Notes: generated by a model not told the origin, from the letters alone. 64,000 nucleotides of DNA from Octopus sinensis (GCF_006345805.1 NC_042999.1:37386001-37450000), one strand, 5' to 3'. Positions 1 to 13,494 are shown, numbered from the stretch's first letter. A program made the numbers and translations.

Positions 1-235
1 AAAGAATGTTTTTTGTGAGACAGCAGTTATCTAAAGGACAGGAGATTTTGTGTCTGCAGCTACATAGGTTTGGTTGGAGGTGTATGGTGGTGTCTGTCTC
101 GGTGAGTTGCGATGTATCTAGAACTTGGGGTCATTTGGCAGGAAGGTTGTTTGTTAGATTGTATTTTACTCTGAAATTTGGATGGGTCTTGGAGTGGGTG
201 ATGTTACGTTTATTATATAGGGTTGATGGGGGAGA
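1..235 (-). mobile_element. Penelope-like retroelement fragment (Hydra-type CxCx5C linker, start of GIY-YIG region), cut by window edge
   Basis: Minus strand of 64..1 translates CSCRHKISCPLDNCCLTKNIL, the same CxCx5CP motif seen at 33072 and 60234. Confidence 0.7.
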
Positions 236-242
236 GGAACTG

Positions 243-285
<43 letters not shown>

Positions 286-359
286 ATATGTGTATGTGCG
301 TGTGTGTGTATGTGTGTGTGTGTGCGCGGGTATGTGTGTGTGTAGTACGTAAGGTATAT

Positions 360-572
360 CTTTTATCATTTACATGTTTCGATCATTAGACTGCGGCCAT
401 GACGGGGGCACCATCTTGAAGGGTGTAGTTAAGCAACTCAATCCCCAAACTTACTTTATTTTTTAAGTCTGGCACTTATTCTATCGGTTTTTTTTTGCCG
501 TACTCCTAAGTTTCAGAGATGTAAATGAACCAATACCGGTTGTCAAGCAGTGTTTGGGGACAAACCCAAAGG
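360..572 (-). mobile_element. SINE family A, 3' half
   Basis: Matches the tttacttgtttcagtcatttgactgcggccatgctggagcacc...ggttgtcaagc block repeated across the window. Confidence 0.75.
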
Positions 573-609
573 CGTGCGCGCGCACACACACACATATCGA
601 TGTAAATAT

Positions 610-658
<49 letters not shown>

Positions 659-1034
659 CTACCACATACACACACACACATATATATGCATACATATATT
701 TATATACATACATGCATACACACACAGAGACACAAACACACACACAAGTAAATACACAAAGGAAAGAATCTGGTACACAATACATTTCTTTTATCTTTTA
801 TCTTTCACTTGCTTCAGTCATTAAACTGTGGCCATGATGGGGCAGGAGTTACATATATATTTAATAATAGTCTGACTCAGATTCATTTGACTACGCACCC
901 ATGATACTTCGAGTCATATGCTGCTGAGTCAAACTGTTATCAAATTCAGCATTCATCTTTATACGTGTTTGGGCAACCATTCCCAACCAGTCAGAACTCA
1001 CCGTACGAGTTGTACTATTCCTACTTTCGATCGC

Positions 1035-1267
1035 TGAATACAAAACTTGGCTGGCGGGACGTCGGTTCGGGTGGTTTTCCTGAGTCACCATGTCCTCTTT
1101 GTGCACCACTCTGTCACAACGCTACGTATTTAAGGCTGGGTTGACTAGAGCAACGTGAAATGACGTGTTCTGCTCATGAACACAACGCAAAGCCGGTCTG
1201 AGAATCGAAACCATGACCCTGGGATCATGAGTGCAACATCTTAAACCACCAGGTTACGCGCCTTCAC
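1035..1267 (-). mobile_element. tRNA-derived SINE family D (decayed)
   Basis: Minus-strand head tgaaggcgcgtaacctggtggtttaagatg...ggtttcgattctcagacc with A/B-box-like motifs; related copies at 3632, 13495 and 44400. Confidence 0.65.
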
Positions 1268-1582
1268 TCATTATTAGATGACCGTTGACTCTCTTGAGGT
1301 CCTCTGCCCTTTGACGGGTTTTAATTTTCGCCCCCCCCCCTGTAATGTCCAATAAACCACTCTCCTCACGCAGTAAGCTTGGTGGGATTATCGGTTTAGT
1401 CCCCGATAACCCGACCGTGAGACTGATTGTACTGGGTTACATGTTACCAGTAGCGCTCGAGAGCGACCTTATATACATACATACATACATACATACATAC
1501 ATACATACATACATACATACATACATACATACATACATACATACAACTATGAGAGAATGTCTTCCACATGCTGTCATCCTAT

Positions 1583-1950
1583 GAAACTGTGCTCTCAACG
1601 GTCTGGAAAAGCACAACCGGCCAGATATCGTTGTGTGGGACCAAAAAGAAAAGATATTTTCTGCTGTGGAAAGCAGCTTCGCCCTGGACACGGATGTAGT
1701 TAGAAAATTTCAGGAGAAAGAAGTCATCTATGGACCAATGATAAGGAATTTGCAAATCCAGTAACTAAGATACATTTCATACCCATTATTATTGGAACAA
1801 CAGGATATATACCAACTTGTCTGAAGCAAAGTATGGCTGAACTTGGGACCTTGGTGAGAGAATGGTTAATCCTTAATTCATATGCTATAAATGATCACGA
1901 TACGTGAGACCATAAAGTTCTGCAAGACCTTCCTAAGATTTAAAAGATGA
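1583..1950 (+). mobile_element. R4/Dong-like non-LTR retrotransposon, restriction-like endonuclease fragment
   Basis: Translates EKHNRPDIVVWDQKEK...EKEVIYGPMIRNLQ...FIPIIIGTTGYIP (PD-(D/E)xK RLE signature), with stops. Confidence 0.75.
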
Positions 1951-2039
1951 CAATTAAATCATGATACTTTCAGTCACAGACTTGCTACCGAGTCGGTGGC
2001 CGGTCAAAAGAGGAAGAGAAGACTTACATACATGCACTG

Positions 2040-2533
2040 AGTACAGTTGTGGAAATCAGCTGCTCAGATAATGCTAACATAAAGATAAAGTTCAGGGGAA
2101 AAGAAAATACCTACACTGAACTATTGAGGAATCTACAGCTACTCTATCCAGATTACAAGTTCAGGTTTATACCTGTGATTATTGGGGCACTGGGATATGT
2201 AACACACTGCCTAAATACTAATCTGAGAAATGAGGCTTCTCAAAACGAGGAAGGAGAAAGCTGATTCGAAGACTACAGATCCAAATCAGCACTGGAACTG
2301 TAAAATTCTGTAAAACTTTCAAGAAGTTTATCATTTAAGTATATATGAGTATGTGTAGAAATGCAACTATATGCATAAGAAGACATACATAAAACAAAAT
2401 AACAATTTGTACATATACATATATACAAAAATACCCTGTTGACGTTATTGAAATTCTACTGAAGGAGCCTTGGATCTTGGTTAGAACCGGCTCTTACTCT
2501 ATTGGCAAGAAATTTTGAAATAAAACTGAATAA

Positions 2534-2535
<2 letters not shown>
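2040..2535 (+). mobile_element. R4/Dong-like non-LTR retrotransposon 3' end (RLE tail plus 3' UTR) ending at (CA)n
   Basis: VEISCSDNANIKIKFRGKENTYTELLRNLQLLYPDYKFRFIPVIIGALGY...KFCKTFKKFII, followed by a UTR that abuts the CA repeat at 2536. Confidence 0.75.
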
Positions 2536-2574
<39 letters not shown>

Positions 2575-2589
2575 AACACACAGACACAG

Positions 2590-2624
<35 letters not shown>

Positions 2625-2857
2625 TTGGAAAAAACCTTTGTCTATAGGTTTGCTGACGCAGGGCTAACCGAGATCTATGCACCAATAAGAATCAATAGCT
2701 ATTAATTATACACTATGTGTGCTGATATGTGTTTACACCAGAAGCTTGTATGTACACTCGGTGTAAAATATTTACCGGCTTACATTCGTTCACAATATAA
2801 ATGAATAAAGTAAATGGACAAACTGGAAAAATAAGCGTCATAATTATATCATCCAAT

Positions 2858-3050
2858 TCTTTTACTTGTTTCAGTCATGTGACTGCGGCCATGCTGGAGC
2901 ACCGCCTTTAGTCGAACAAATCGACCCCAGACTTATTCTTTGCAAGCCTAGTACTTATTCTTTCGGTGGCTTTGGCCGAACCGCTAAGTTACGGGGATGT
3001 AAAGACACCAGCTTTGACTGTCAAGCGATGATTGGGAGACAAAACAAACA
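2858..3050 (-). mobile_element. SINE family A, 3' half
   Basis: Near-consensus family A 3' block. Confidence 0.8.
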
Positions 3051-3055
3051 CACAC

Positions 3056-3106
<51 letters not shown>

Positions 3107-3123
3107 ACCACAAAATACCTTAC

Positions 3124-3239
3124 TAGGTCGATATAATCCGTACACCCAAACAATATTAATTGAATATTGAATATTAAGAACCCGCGCAGGAGCGGTTGTA
3201 CCTCATATTCCTGCCGTGTGTACAGACAACGCAAACCAG
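3124..3239 (-). CDS. Candidate exon of an unidentified gene
   Basis: Branch-like ctaat plus ttcacttAG acceptor and A|GTAAGG donor; 116 nt; only one open frame (GLRCLYTRQEYEVQPLLRGFLIFNIQLILFGCTDYIDL). No homology recognised. Confidence 0.3.
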
Positions 3240-3360
3240 CTAAGTGAAGATATTCGCTATTAGTAATTCAGACATGTATTTTTATAAAGGTACTTTCTAT
3301 AGCATTTCCGAAGTACAGATTCCAAGTTAGGTGAACAAAATATGCACATCTTTGTAACTC

Positions 3361-3455
<95 letters not shown>

Positions 3456-3547
3456 ACATATATATATAAATACGTATATATATATGCATGTATATATATA
3501 TGTATATATATATCTACATATATATATATAAATACGTATATAAATGC

Positions 3548-3592
<45 letters not shown>

Positions 3593-3631
3593 ACACACAC
3601 ACAATATATATGTGTGTGTGTGTGTGTGTGT

Positions 3632-4167
3632 GGAGACGCGTGGCTTAGTGGTTAGGGTGTCAGCATCATGATCGCAAGGTCATGCGCTGTTTATCTTGAA
3701 ATGAGATCACCATGTCGCGCACATTTGGTTGTGATGCATCTACCTAGTGTACTCTTATCAGATGGGTAGTCATGATGGGTATACTGGGCTTCGTATATTT
3801 TACCCCAGGGTCACTTTGATTGCATGCACTGCTCTCTCACTCAATAAAAATAATAAAGTCTCCTAACATTACTATCGTTCTTGACGTCACAAGAAAATCC
3901 TCCAGGCGTCGATACAACTCATTCCGTTTGCCCGTTGTGCAAGGCGCGTAAATACTGAAGGTCTTGCCACTGAAAGTGGTTTCGGATCCTGGACCGGGCG
4001 ACGTGTTATCTTCTTGAGCAAAACACTTCATTTCACGTTGCTCCAGCCCACTCAGCTAGCAAAAATGAGTAACGCTGCGATGGACTGGCGTCCCGTCCAG
4101 CTGGGGAACACATACGCCATAGTAACCGGGAAACCGGGCCCAGGAGCCTGGTCAGGCTTTAAAAGGG
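3632..4167 (+). mobile_element. SINE family D, interrupted by a LINE fragment
   Basis: tRNA-like head tggagacgcgtggcttagtggttagggtg; tail contains gcgatggactggcgtcccgtccag, which resembles the V-SINE domain as recalled. Confidence 0.6.
3855..3968 (-). mobile_element. Tx1/L1-type APE endonuclease fragment
   Basis: GKTFSIYAPCTTGKRNELYRRLEDFLVTSRTIVMLGDF carries the IYAP and LGDF motifs of APE domains. Confidence 0.7.
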
Positions 4168-4171
4168 TATT

Positions 4172-4216
<45 letters not shown>

Positions 4217-4222
<6 letters not shown>

Positions 4223-4352
4223 GGGCTTTTACCAAATCCACTCACAAGGCTTTGGTCGGCCCGAGGGTATAGTGGAAGAAGACACTTGCCTAAGGTGCCA
4301 CGAGGTGGGACTGAACCCGGAACCATGTAGTTGGGAAGCAAGCTCCTTACTA
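4217..4352 (-). mobile_element. SINE family A, 5' half
   Basis: Reverse complement of the ggttccgggttcagtcccac...ggcaagtgtcttc head/CORE-like region. Confidence 0.75.
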
Positions 4353-5089
4353 CACACCCATGTTGTTGTTTATTTTAGTGCAACGCTCGATCCAGTAGGC
4401 CTATGATCAAAAACATTCCACCCGGGACCACTCCAACCTAAATCAGACTATATCATCCAATATGTCTCTCGTTTTTTTTTCTGAAATAAACATTCGAGTG
4501 CTATATAAGGGAGAGTTGGTTGTTATTTCTAATGTATCGAGGTACCACTTAGAGACTCCTCGTCAGAAAAATTAATAATGTAGTTATTGTCGGTGTTGTC
4601 TAGCTCCTGACTCATGAAACTTGTAATCAAAGACATTCCAGTTGTGACCATCACATTTTATTTGTTTCAGTCATAGAGTTTCTAGTACCATATTTATTAT
4701 CAGATGTGTCCTCATATTTTTTTTAAAAGACTCTAAGGTATGATATGAAGGACGTTTGGCTGCTATTTCTAGCACGTGGATCGACCACGTAGTTGTTGCT
4801 GCTGGTGAATATATCACATCATCATCACTTCATATTGTTGCTGCTGCCATCAACCCTTACTCACTGCATACAGCAGCACATCTATCTGTACAAGCTATCG
4901 CTATATCAAAGAAATTGTGTACACATATTCTGTTTATTTGCAATTGTTGAAAGCAAGTTTGTTGACAGTTTCGTTAGACACACAACACGCACATACACAC
5001 ACGTATATATACATAAACATACATAATACATACATACATATATACATACATACATACATACATACATACATACATACAAACACACATAT

Positions 5090-5370
<281 letters not shown>

Positions 5371-5938
5371 ATGAATGACTGATACAGCTTGTCTTACAAC
5401 TTTCGCAGAATCACCTATTTTATAAGAAATTGCTAATTTATGTAGACCAATCAATATCAACAAGAAAAAAGAAATACAAAACAAAGCCAAAAAAAAAAGT
5501 ACTCTGTGATTTGAATTATTTTTCATATTACACCTGATCGCTAATGAAAGATTTCTACGTGATCGCAGAGAAGTATGAGGCTGAAAAACAAGTGTTGAAA
5601 GCAGAGAGAAACATTGATAATTTGATGGTACGAGTCTTGTAACGAAAAGAAGAGTTATACAATTAAAGGATTATTTTGATGTCAGGATTGAAAGGCACAA
5701 AAGAAAATTATAACGAAATATAAAGAGGAAAAGATGAAATGGAAGAAATGTGAAGTTTAAAGGTGTAAAAATGGAATATTACGTTGAGTGTTCGAAAAGG
5801 TAAGAAGTATTTCTATTTTGAGGGACTGCTGTCCCTTGCGTTTTTTTTTTTTTTTTTCAATCTGGCACCTTGCGTTCCAAATTGGGTCGAGTTCAAAACC
5901 TGCTAAGGTCAACTTTGTCGCTTATTCTTTCAGAGACG

Positions 5939-5969
<31 letters not shown>

Positions 5970-6039
5970 CATACTACATACATACATACATACATACATG
6001 CATACATACAAGAATATATATATATATATTCTTTTATGC

Positions 6040-6405
6040 TTTTATTCTTTCACTTGTTTCAGCTATTTTACTGCGGCCATACTGGAGCACCGCCTTTAGC
6101 CGAACAAATCGATCCCAGGACTAGTTCTTTGCAAACCTATTACTTGTTCTGTCGGTCTCTTTTGCTGAACTGCTGTTTTACGGGGACATAAACACACCAA
6201 CATCGGTTGTCAAGCGGGGGAACAAACACACACACACACACACACATACTACGGGTTTCTTTCAGTTTCCGTCTACGAAATCCACTCACAAGGCTTTGGT
6301 CGGCCCGAGGCTATAGTAGAAGACATTTGCTCAATGTGCCACGTAGTGGGACTGAACCCGGAACCATGTGGTTGGTAAGGAAGCTACTTACCACACAGCC
6401 ACTCC
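6040..6405 (-). mobile_element. SINE family A, near full length
   Basis: tRNA-like head, ggcaccttgggcaagtgtctt CORE-like segment, internal CA/TA tract and 3' block. Confidence 0.85.
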
Positions 6406-6436
6406 TGTTCCAATGTGTGTATAATAAATATATATA

Positions 6437-6492
<56 letters not shown>

Positions 6493-6829
6493 ATATATAT
6501 ATATATTATATATATATATATATATATATCTCTTCTCTCTTTTACTTGTTTGTCAGTTTTGACAGCAGCTATATTGGGGCACCACTTTGAAGGGTTTTAG
6601 GTCGCACAAATCGGCCACAGGGCTTATTTTTTAAAGGATGGTATTTATTTTATTAGTGTATTTTGTCGTACCACTGGGTTATGGGGGATGTAAACACACC
6701 AACACCTGCTGTCGGGCGCTAGTAGGACACACACACACACACCACACACACACACACATATATATATACACACATATAAACGTACATACAATACATACAT
6801 ACTTACGTTCATAATATATATATATATTA

Positions 6830-7213
6830 TGGAGTGGCTGTGTGGTAAGTAGTTTGTCTACCAACCACATGGTTCCGGGTTCAGTCCCACTGCGTGGCAC
6901 CTTGGGCAAGTGTCTTCTACTGTAGCCTCGGGCCGACCAAAGCCTTGTGAGTGGATTTGGTAGACGGAAACTGAAAGAAGCCCGTCGTATATATGTATAT
7001 ATATATGCGCGTGTGTGTTTGTGTTTGTCCCCTAGCATTGCTTGACAACCGATGCTGGTGTGTTTACGTTCCCGTTACTTAGCGGTTCGGCAAAAGAGAC
7101 CGATAGAATAAGTACTGGGCTTACAAAAGAATAAGTCCCGGGGTCGAGTTGCTCGATTAAAGGCGGTGCTCCAGCATGGCCGCAGTAAAAATGACTGAAA
7201 CAAGTAAAAGAGT
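6830..7213 (+). mobile_element. SINE family A, near full length
   Basis: ggagtggctgtgtggtaagtag...gactgaaacaagtaaaagag. Confidence 0.9.
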
Positions 7214-7247
7214 AAAGTGTGTTTATATATATATATATATATGTATA

Positions 7248-7304
<57 letters not shown>

Positions 7305-7307
7305 ATA

Positions 7308-7347
<40 letters not shown>

Positions 7348-7477
7348 ATATATATATATATACATATATATATATGTATGTCTGTATGGCTGTATATATA
7401 TATATATTATATATATATATATTATACATATATATTATATAGTATGTATGTATGTATATATATATATATATATATAG

Positions 7478-7523
<46 letters not shown>

Positions 7524-7525
7524 TA

Positions 7526-7556
<31 letters not shown>

Positions 7557-8020
7557 AGAGTGCTTGAATGTATGAACGTATGTATTTCGAAGCACCCATA
7601 AAACTTTAATTAAAGGCAAGTAAATATTGGTTTGGAAAACACTCTAAAATAGAAAAGTCGAAGGCTATCTGTGTGTGCATGTGTGTGCGCCTGCGAGTGC
7701 GTGTGTATACAGATATGAATATATATGCATACATATATATTTACACATATACATACATCTATATACACATAGATATATACGCATACATTTAAATATGTAC
7801 ATATATATATATATATATATAATTATTACATTATATAAAAGGGCTTAGTAAAATAAATTACTTTGCCGCATACTGAACTCATTAGAAATAGCAGCTAAAA
7901 AAAACTTTTTTAAAACTATTTCTAATACTTAAAGAAAACCTCTCTCATATAGTGTTTGCTCAATTCAACTCACGAAAATATGGGGGTAGAGACATTAAAA
8001 AATCAAGTGCAAAGGTTATT

Positions 8021-8073
8021 TGAGAACGTACGTTTCAAGATTAGTCAAACTCGACATTTCTATCATCAGCTCA
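8021..8073 (-). ncRNA. Type I hammerhead ribozyme motif
   Basis: tgag-CTGATGA-stem II-GAAAC-gtac-GTT-ctca on the minus strand; reverse complement of 8523-8575. Confidence 0.75.
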
Positions 8074-8522
8074 GAACTCCCTCGTTTGGATTTGAAAACA
8101 CTGAAAGTGGGAGCATACCCTTTCGGCTTCTTATCGCTTCTGAAGATCTGCTCGTAACTAACAGTGCCAACAAACTCAAAAATGCAAGCGAAGAATTTCT
8201 GCTCTCCCCTTTCCACCAGCGTGGGTTAAAATCAGCAAACACTATGCTTTTTTCGGTAAAATACGAGGCATTATATAGAGAGAGATGAATTATAATTTCA
8301 ACAATTGAGGGTAAAATTAATTAATTAATCAATTTCACCAAGTATTCAGTATGTAAAGGGACCATTTAAGGCGAATTCAAATTATTACAGAGAGCAGAAA
8401 TTCTTCGCTTGCATTTTTGAGTTTGTTGGCACTGTTAGTTACGAGCAGATCTTCAGAAGCGATAAATAGCCGAAAGGGTATGCTCCCACTTTCAGTGTTT
8501 TCAAATCCAAACGAGGGAGTTC

Positions 8523-8575
8523 TGAGCTGATGATAGAAATGTCGAGTTTGACTAATCTTGAAACGTACGTTCTCA
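8523..8575 (+). ncRNA. Type I hammerhead ribozyme motif
   Basis: Stem I tgag/ctca; core CTGATGA 8527-8533; stem II aga/tct plus gtc/gac; GAAAC 8560-8564; palindromic stem III aacgtacgtt; GUU triplet. Confidence 0.75.
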
Positions 8576-9110
8576 AATAACCTTTGCACTTGATTTTTTA
8601 ATGTCTCTACCCCCATATTTTCGTGAGTTGAATTGAGCAAACACTATATGAGAGAGGTTTTGTTTCTTTAGTATAGAAATAGTTTTAAAAAAGTTTTTTT
8701 TAGCTGCTATTTCTAATGAGTTCAGTATGCGGCAAAGTAATTTATTTTACTAAGCCCTTTTATATAATGTAATAATTTGAATTCGCCTTAAATGGTCCCT
8801 TTGCATACTGAATACTTGGTGAAATTGATTAATTAATTAATTTTACCCTCAATTGTTGAAATATATATATATATATATATATAATATATATATATTATAT
8901 ATATATATATATATATGCGTGTGTGCGTTAGTGCGTGGTGTGTGTGGTGTGTGTGTGTGTAATATATATAATAACATATGTATGTATATAAAAATATATA
9001 GATATATAAAATATATAGTTTGGAGTGCATATACCCTAATACGGTATTGCTGCCACCGGAAAATACACGAAGTATATCTATTAAGTATATGTGTTCAATA
9101 ATATTTATTC

Positions 9111-9183
<73 letters not shown>

Positions 9184-9196
9184 ATCTATCTATATG

Positions 9197-9229
<33 letters not shown>

Positions 9230-9239
9230 ATATATCTTT

Positions 9240-9457
9240 ACTTTTCTACTCTTTTACTTGTTCCAATCATTTGACTGTGCCATGCTGGAGCACTGCCTTG
9301 GTGTGTTTTTGTCGAACAGTTCAACTCCAGGACTTATTTTTAAGCCTAGTACTTATTCTAAACAGCTAAGTTACGGGGACGTAAACATACCAACACCGGT
9401 TATCAAGTGATGATGAGAAAACCCCCCACACAAAATACACACACACATATATTTGCG

Positions 9458-9497
<40 letters not shown>

Positions 9498-9655
9498 AAT
9501 ATATATATATATATACATTATATATATATAATATATATATATCGGGCTTCTTTCATTTTCCGTCTATCAAATCCACTCATGGCTTTGGTTGGACCGAGGC
9601 TATAGTAGAAGGCAGTCGCCCAATGTACCACGCAGTGGGATTGAACCCGAACCAT
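9240..9655 (-). mobile_element. SINE family A with expanded internal (TA)n
   Basis: Family A 3' block at 9240-9410 and head at 9541-9655. Confidence 0.75.
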
Positions 9656-9736
9656 TATTCTATGTACTTCATTAGCATACAGCTGTTTCTGCTATAAGGT
9701 AAAGTGAACACAAAGTTGAGTGCCTGAATATCAACT

Positions 9737-9866
<130 letters not shown>

Positions 9867-9889
9867 GATAGATAGATAGATAATAGATA

Positions 9890-9928
<39 letters not shown>

Positions 9929-9949
9929 TATATATAGATATATAATCTT

Positions 9950-10180
9950 TTATTCTTTCACTTGTTTCAGTCATTTTGACTGCGGCTATGCTGGAGCACC
10001 GCCTTAAAGGATTTTTACGCGAAGCAATCGACCCCAAGGCTTATTCTTTGTAAGCCTCTTACTTATTCTATCACCATATCTTGCCGAACCACTAAGTTAC
10101 GGGGATGGTGGGGGACAAACAAAAGCTCGAATACACACATAAATACACACACACACACATATATATACGACAGGTTTTTT
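9950..10180 (-). mobile_element. SINE family A, 5'-truncated
   Basis: Family A 3' block. Confidence 0.75.
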
Positions 10181-10184
10181 TCGT

Positions 10185-11502
10185 CGTAAAGTAGCAAACC
10201 CCGAACTTCAGACTTGCAAATTTATTCCCTGTAGAATCAAGGGCCCTAATCTCTCATGTTTCCTTAAATGAACAATTTTTGTGCAAGTACCCTGCTCGTA
10301 GTGCAATGGCAACGCAACTGTCGGTAATTTTATTCCATGAAATCTTTACCCAATTCACGACTTCATGGACAATGGGTTTAACAACGTTCCCACGCTGATT
10401 TCTCTCCATTCTGGTGTTCGATATGTTCATTCAATTCCATCCGCAAATAATCCTTGAAAGGTTAGTTCATTACAAAATCTAATGTTTGTAGATATGAAGT
10501 CATACCCGCGTGAATCGTTTTGTGGTCAATTCTTCTTTCAGAAAGGAAGGTTTTCATATCTTTTGCGCCATGAGTCCTGGCCGAATCCCAGACTAAAAGA
10601 CTTCTTTGAGAACAACGTAAAACAAGTGGCATAGTTAAATCAACCCATTTTCTTATAACAGCTTGTGTGCACCAAGTCTTTTCCATTTCAAGGACATAAA
10701 TGCCTGAAATTCGTTCTATTTTCTCTTTTTTGCCCTTTGTGATGATAAACGGTGGGACTTTGTTCCATCAAGACGAATTTCTAAAATTCAAGCAACTCTT
10801 GCACTTTCGTAACCCGTTGAGGCAACGTAGATTGACGAGGTACCTGTCTGTTGAATTATCGTTTTAGCTCCTTGGCCTATAAATGCTGCAGTCTCATCCG
10901 TAGCAATTATATTGGAGAGACTGTATTTAGAAAAGTCGATGCCATCATCGAAGGACTTGAATGCGAGTGCACGTTGAATAACTTCAGCATCCTCCAGCTT
11001 GAACAGTGTTGTCGATCTTCTTAGAGAGAGCGCTCATATCGCCGAAGGAAGTTATCCAACCAATGAAGTGATGCTTTGAATATCTCTGGGGTTATATCCA
11101 ACTGTGGTGTCATTGCAAGAGCAAATTCTTAAATATCAGCCCAGCGTACAACAAAACCCTTTGTTCTTCTGTCAGCAATCCACCCCGAAGTGATATCTTC
11201 CAGCTCCGAAAATAACGGTTGTCGACCTGATTCACACTTGCGCTTCTTAGTACTTCCCTCATCCACCTGTCTTCTGAGATAATCGTTCTCTTCTCGACGT
11301 TTTCGAACCATTCGGAGATCCAAATATCTTCTTACAGAAAGCCGTAAGATTCTTATTATGTGACTCTCCCACAATTCCTTTCTTGTACTCCACGGAATAA
11401 CTCTTTCTATTTGCTCTCATCTTGCCTGGGGGACAACGGAATCAAGCCAAGGAAATCAACTCCGTGCATGCGCGCTTAGCGCAGACTTTAGTTAAGCTGC
11501 GG
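10185..11502 (-). mobile_element. Decayed pogo-like DNA transposon (Brk/CENPB-HTH plus DDE_1 transposase)
   Basis: ATG at 11420 (MRANRKSYSVEYKKGIV); KCESGRQPLFSELEDITSGWIADRRTKGFVV; LLVWDSARTH...AGMTSYLQTLDFVMN; terminus TA|CCGCAG at 11502-11504; many frameshifts. Confidence 0.85.
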
Positions 11503-11534
11503 TAGTTGGTTTACTTTGCGCACGCATGTACACA

Positions 11535-11570
<36 letters not shown>

Positions 11571-11967
11571 ACACACACACACACACACACACCACACACA
11601 CACACACAACACACACACACACACACACACATACACACACATCCATTTCATATACACGTACATACATCTTTCACTTTCTTTCTCTCTGTCCTTTTCACTT
11701 TCTCTTTCAATTTCTGCTCTCTTCAAATAAATTTTTATGGAATGAGCGGGAGAAACCCCAAAATGAGAAAATGACAGGTAAAAGAGAAAAAAAAAACAGA
11801 AACAGAAGACTGGAGGTGAAACTTGACAAAAAACAATGAGGTGGCAGGTCCAAGTTATATAAAAATGCACATTTACCGTTCAATTACCAGTTAATAATTA
11901 TCACAGCAGTTGCAAGGTATTTACAGTTCCATATTTACCTTTAAATTAACATTTAATACATATGCTT

Positions 11968-12017
<50 letters not shown>

Positions 12018-12228
12018 TAAATATATATCTATACATATATATTATTATTATAATGATTGTGGCATTTACCGTTAAATTAGCAGTTCATACATGTGCTTCT
12101 GTTTGGTTAATTTATGCTGCATACAAAGATAAAAACATACTATATATATACAACTGCTTACAAAAATAAGGATTAATGTATCATTTCTTTCTATGTTCAT
12201 AATTTTTTGTTTACAATATTGAAAAAAT

Positions 12229-13291
12229 ATGCCACCAAAGAAAAGACGTAATCTCTCCAGAAATAAGCACAAAGCAAGTAGGATTGTAGAAAACCGAAGG
12301 TGAGAGTCTGAAGAGAGAAGCGAGATTAGATTTTCTGAAGATCAGCAAAGGCATGCTGCAGCACGTCAGACGGGGACACAAGAGAGAAGGAAAACGAGAC
12401 TTTCCCAAGATCAGCAAATGCTTGCTGCAGCACTTAATACTAGATCATTAAATCAATGTTCTAATGATTAGACAAAGGTCCAATAGAATAGGTCTCAGAA
12501 ACAGACTTACGTACAAGTTCGTTCTTCACAACTCCCGAAGCTGTTTTCAGATATGATCGATCCCATTCTTATAAAAATGATAAATCTGTCTAAATTGGTG
12601 TGATAAACACAAATTGTCGCTTCTGTAGAAGTTTAAAATTTTCAAATGAAACAAATGGTGTGTGCTGCTCAGTCGGTCAGGTAACATTGCAGCACTAATA
12701 GCTCCTTCTCAATCTCTTATGGATCTTCTAGAAGGCACTTCCATTCAGCCAAAGGATTTTCTGAACTATATCAGACAATACAACTCTGTATTTCAAATGA
12801 CATCGTATACTGCATCTAAGAAGATAGTCAAACATGAATTTACGCCAACGTCAAAGTTCAAGGGCAAGTCTATAATCTCATTGGTTCCCTGTTACCGACA
12901 AATGAACGACCACAGTTCCTCCAAATTTACTTTATGACTTTGTGAGTGATATAGGACAATAAACCCGAAGGAGGTGTCAACATTTCAGATGATGGACCGT
13001 GTTAGATACAGCACCAACTGTTGCAAAAGAGAGTATATCCACTGACAGCTTTTCGGTGCGTTTAGAAATCACACAACTCCCACCCCAATTTTCCATGACA
13101 GGTTAGGGCCTGAAATACTCCAAACGGATGCATAGCATGCTGCTTAGTCGAATTAGCCCATCATTTACACCACAAATTTTTTGTTGTCAATGCTGCACTT
13201 TCCCATATCATCTGTTTCAACATAACTGTAATATATTATATACAAACTATGCCATTTTAATCCCGAGCAACGCGCCGAGTATCTCCGCTAG
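12229..13291 (+). mobile_element. Internally deleted Helitron (RepHel N-terminus plus 3' terminus)
   Basis: MPPKKRRNLSRNK..., STPR-like ESEERSEIRFSEDQQRHAAAR, CRFCRSLKFSNETNGVCCSVGQV, FLNYIRQYNSVFQMTSY, QGQVYNLIGSLLP...PQFLQIYF; 3' end cccgagcaacgcgccgag...CTAG|T at 13288-13292. Confidence 0.85.
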
Positions 13292-13315
13292 TATATATAA
13301 TATATATATATATAT

Positions 13316-13353
<38 letters not shown>

Positions 13354-13494
13354 TATATTATCTCCCGTCGCAGAAGGCGACGTATAAATGTTCAGCCTTT
13401 GCTGAACGAAGCTGACAATGATTTGTCTATAGTGATCAAATGTATGTACCGTACATTAGATCAATCCCTTGATGAAATCGACGGTGTTGTAACA

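Larger units (their letters stand above)
7821..8862. mobile_element. Non-coding hammerhead-bearing repeat: 559-bp unit plus inverted copy, between (TA)n tracts
   Basis: 7821-8207 is reverse-complemented at 8390-8775; 8295-8389 at about 8768-8862; aattattaca recurs at 7821 and 8380. Confidence 0.85.

Noticed and set aside
3126-3165. Plus-strand RYNPYTQ, a motif of aromatic amino acid hydroxylases
   Set aside because: A stop follows within seven codons, the upstream RPF motif is absent, and nothing else matches; chance is likely.
7956-8640. Duplicated 87-110 aa ORF (MLNSTHENMGVE...)
   Set aside because: It is produced by the inverted non-coding hammerhead repeat and has no recognisable domain.
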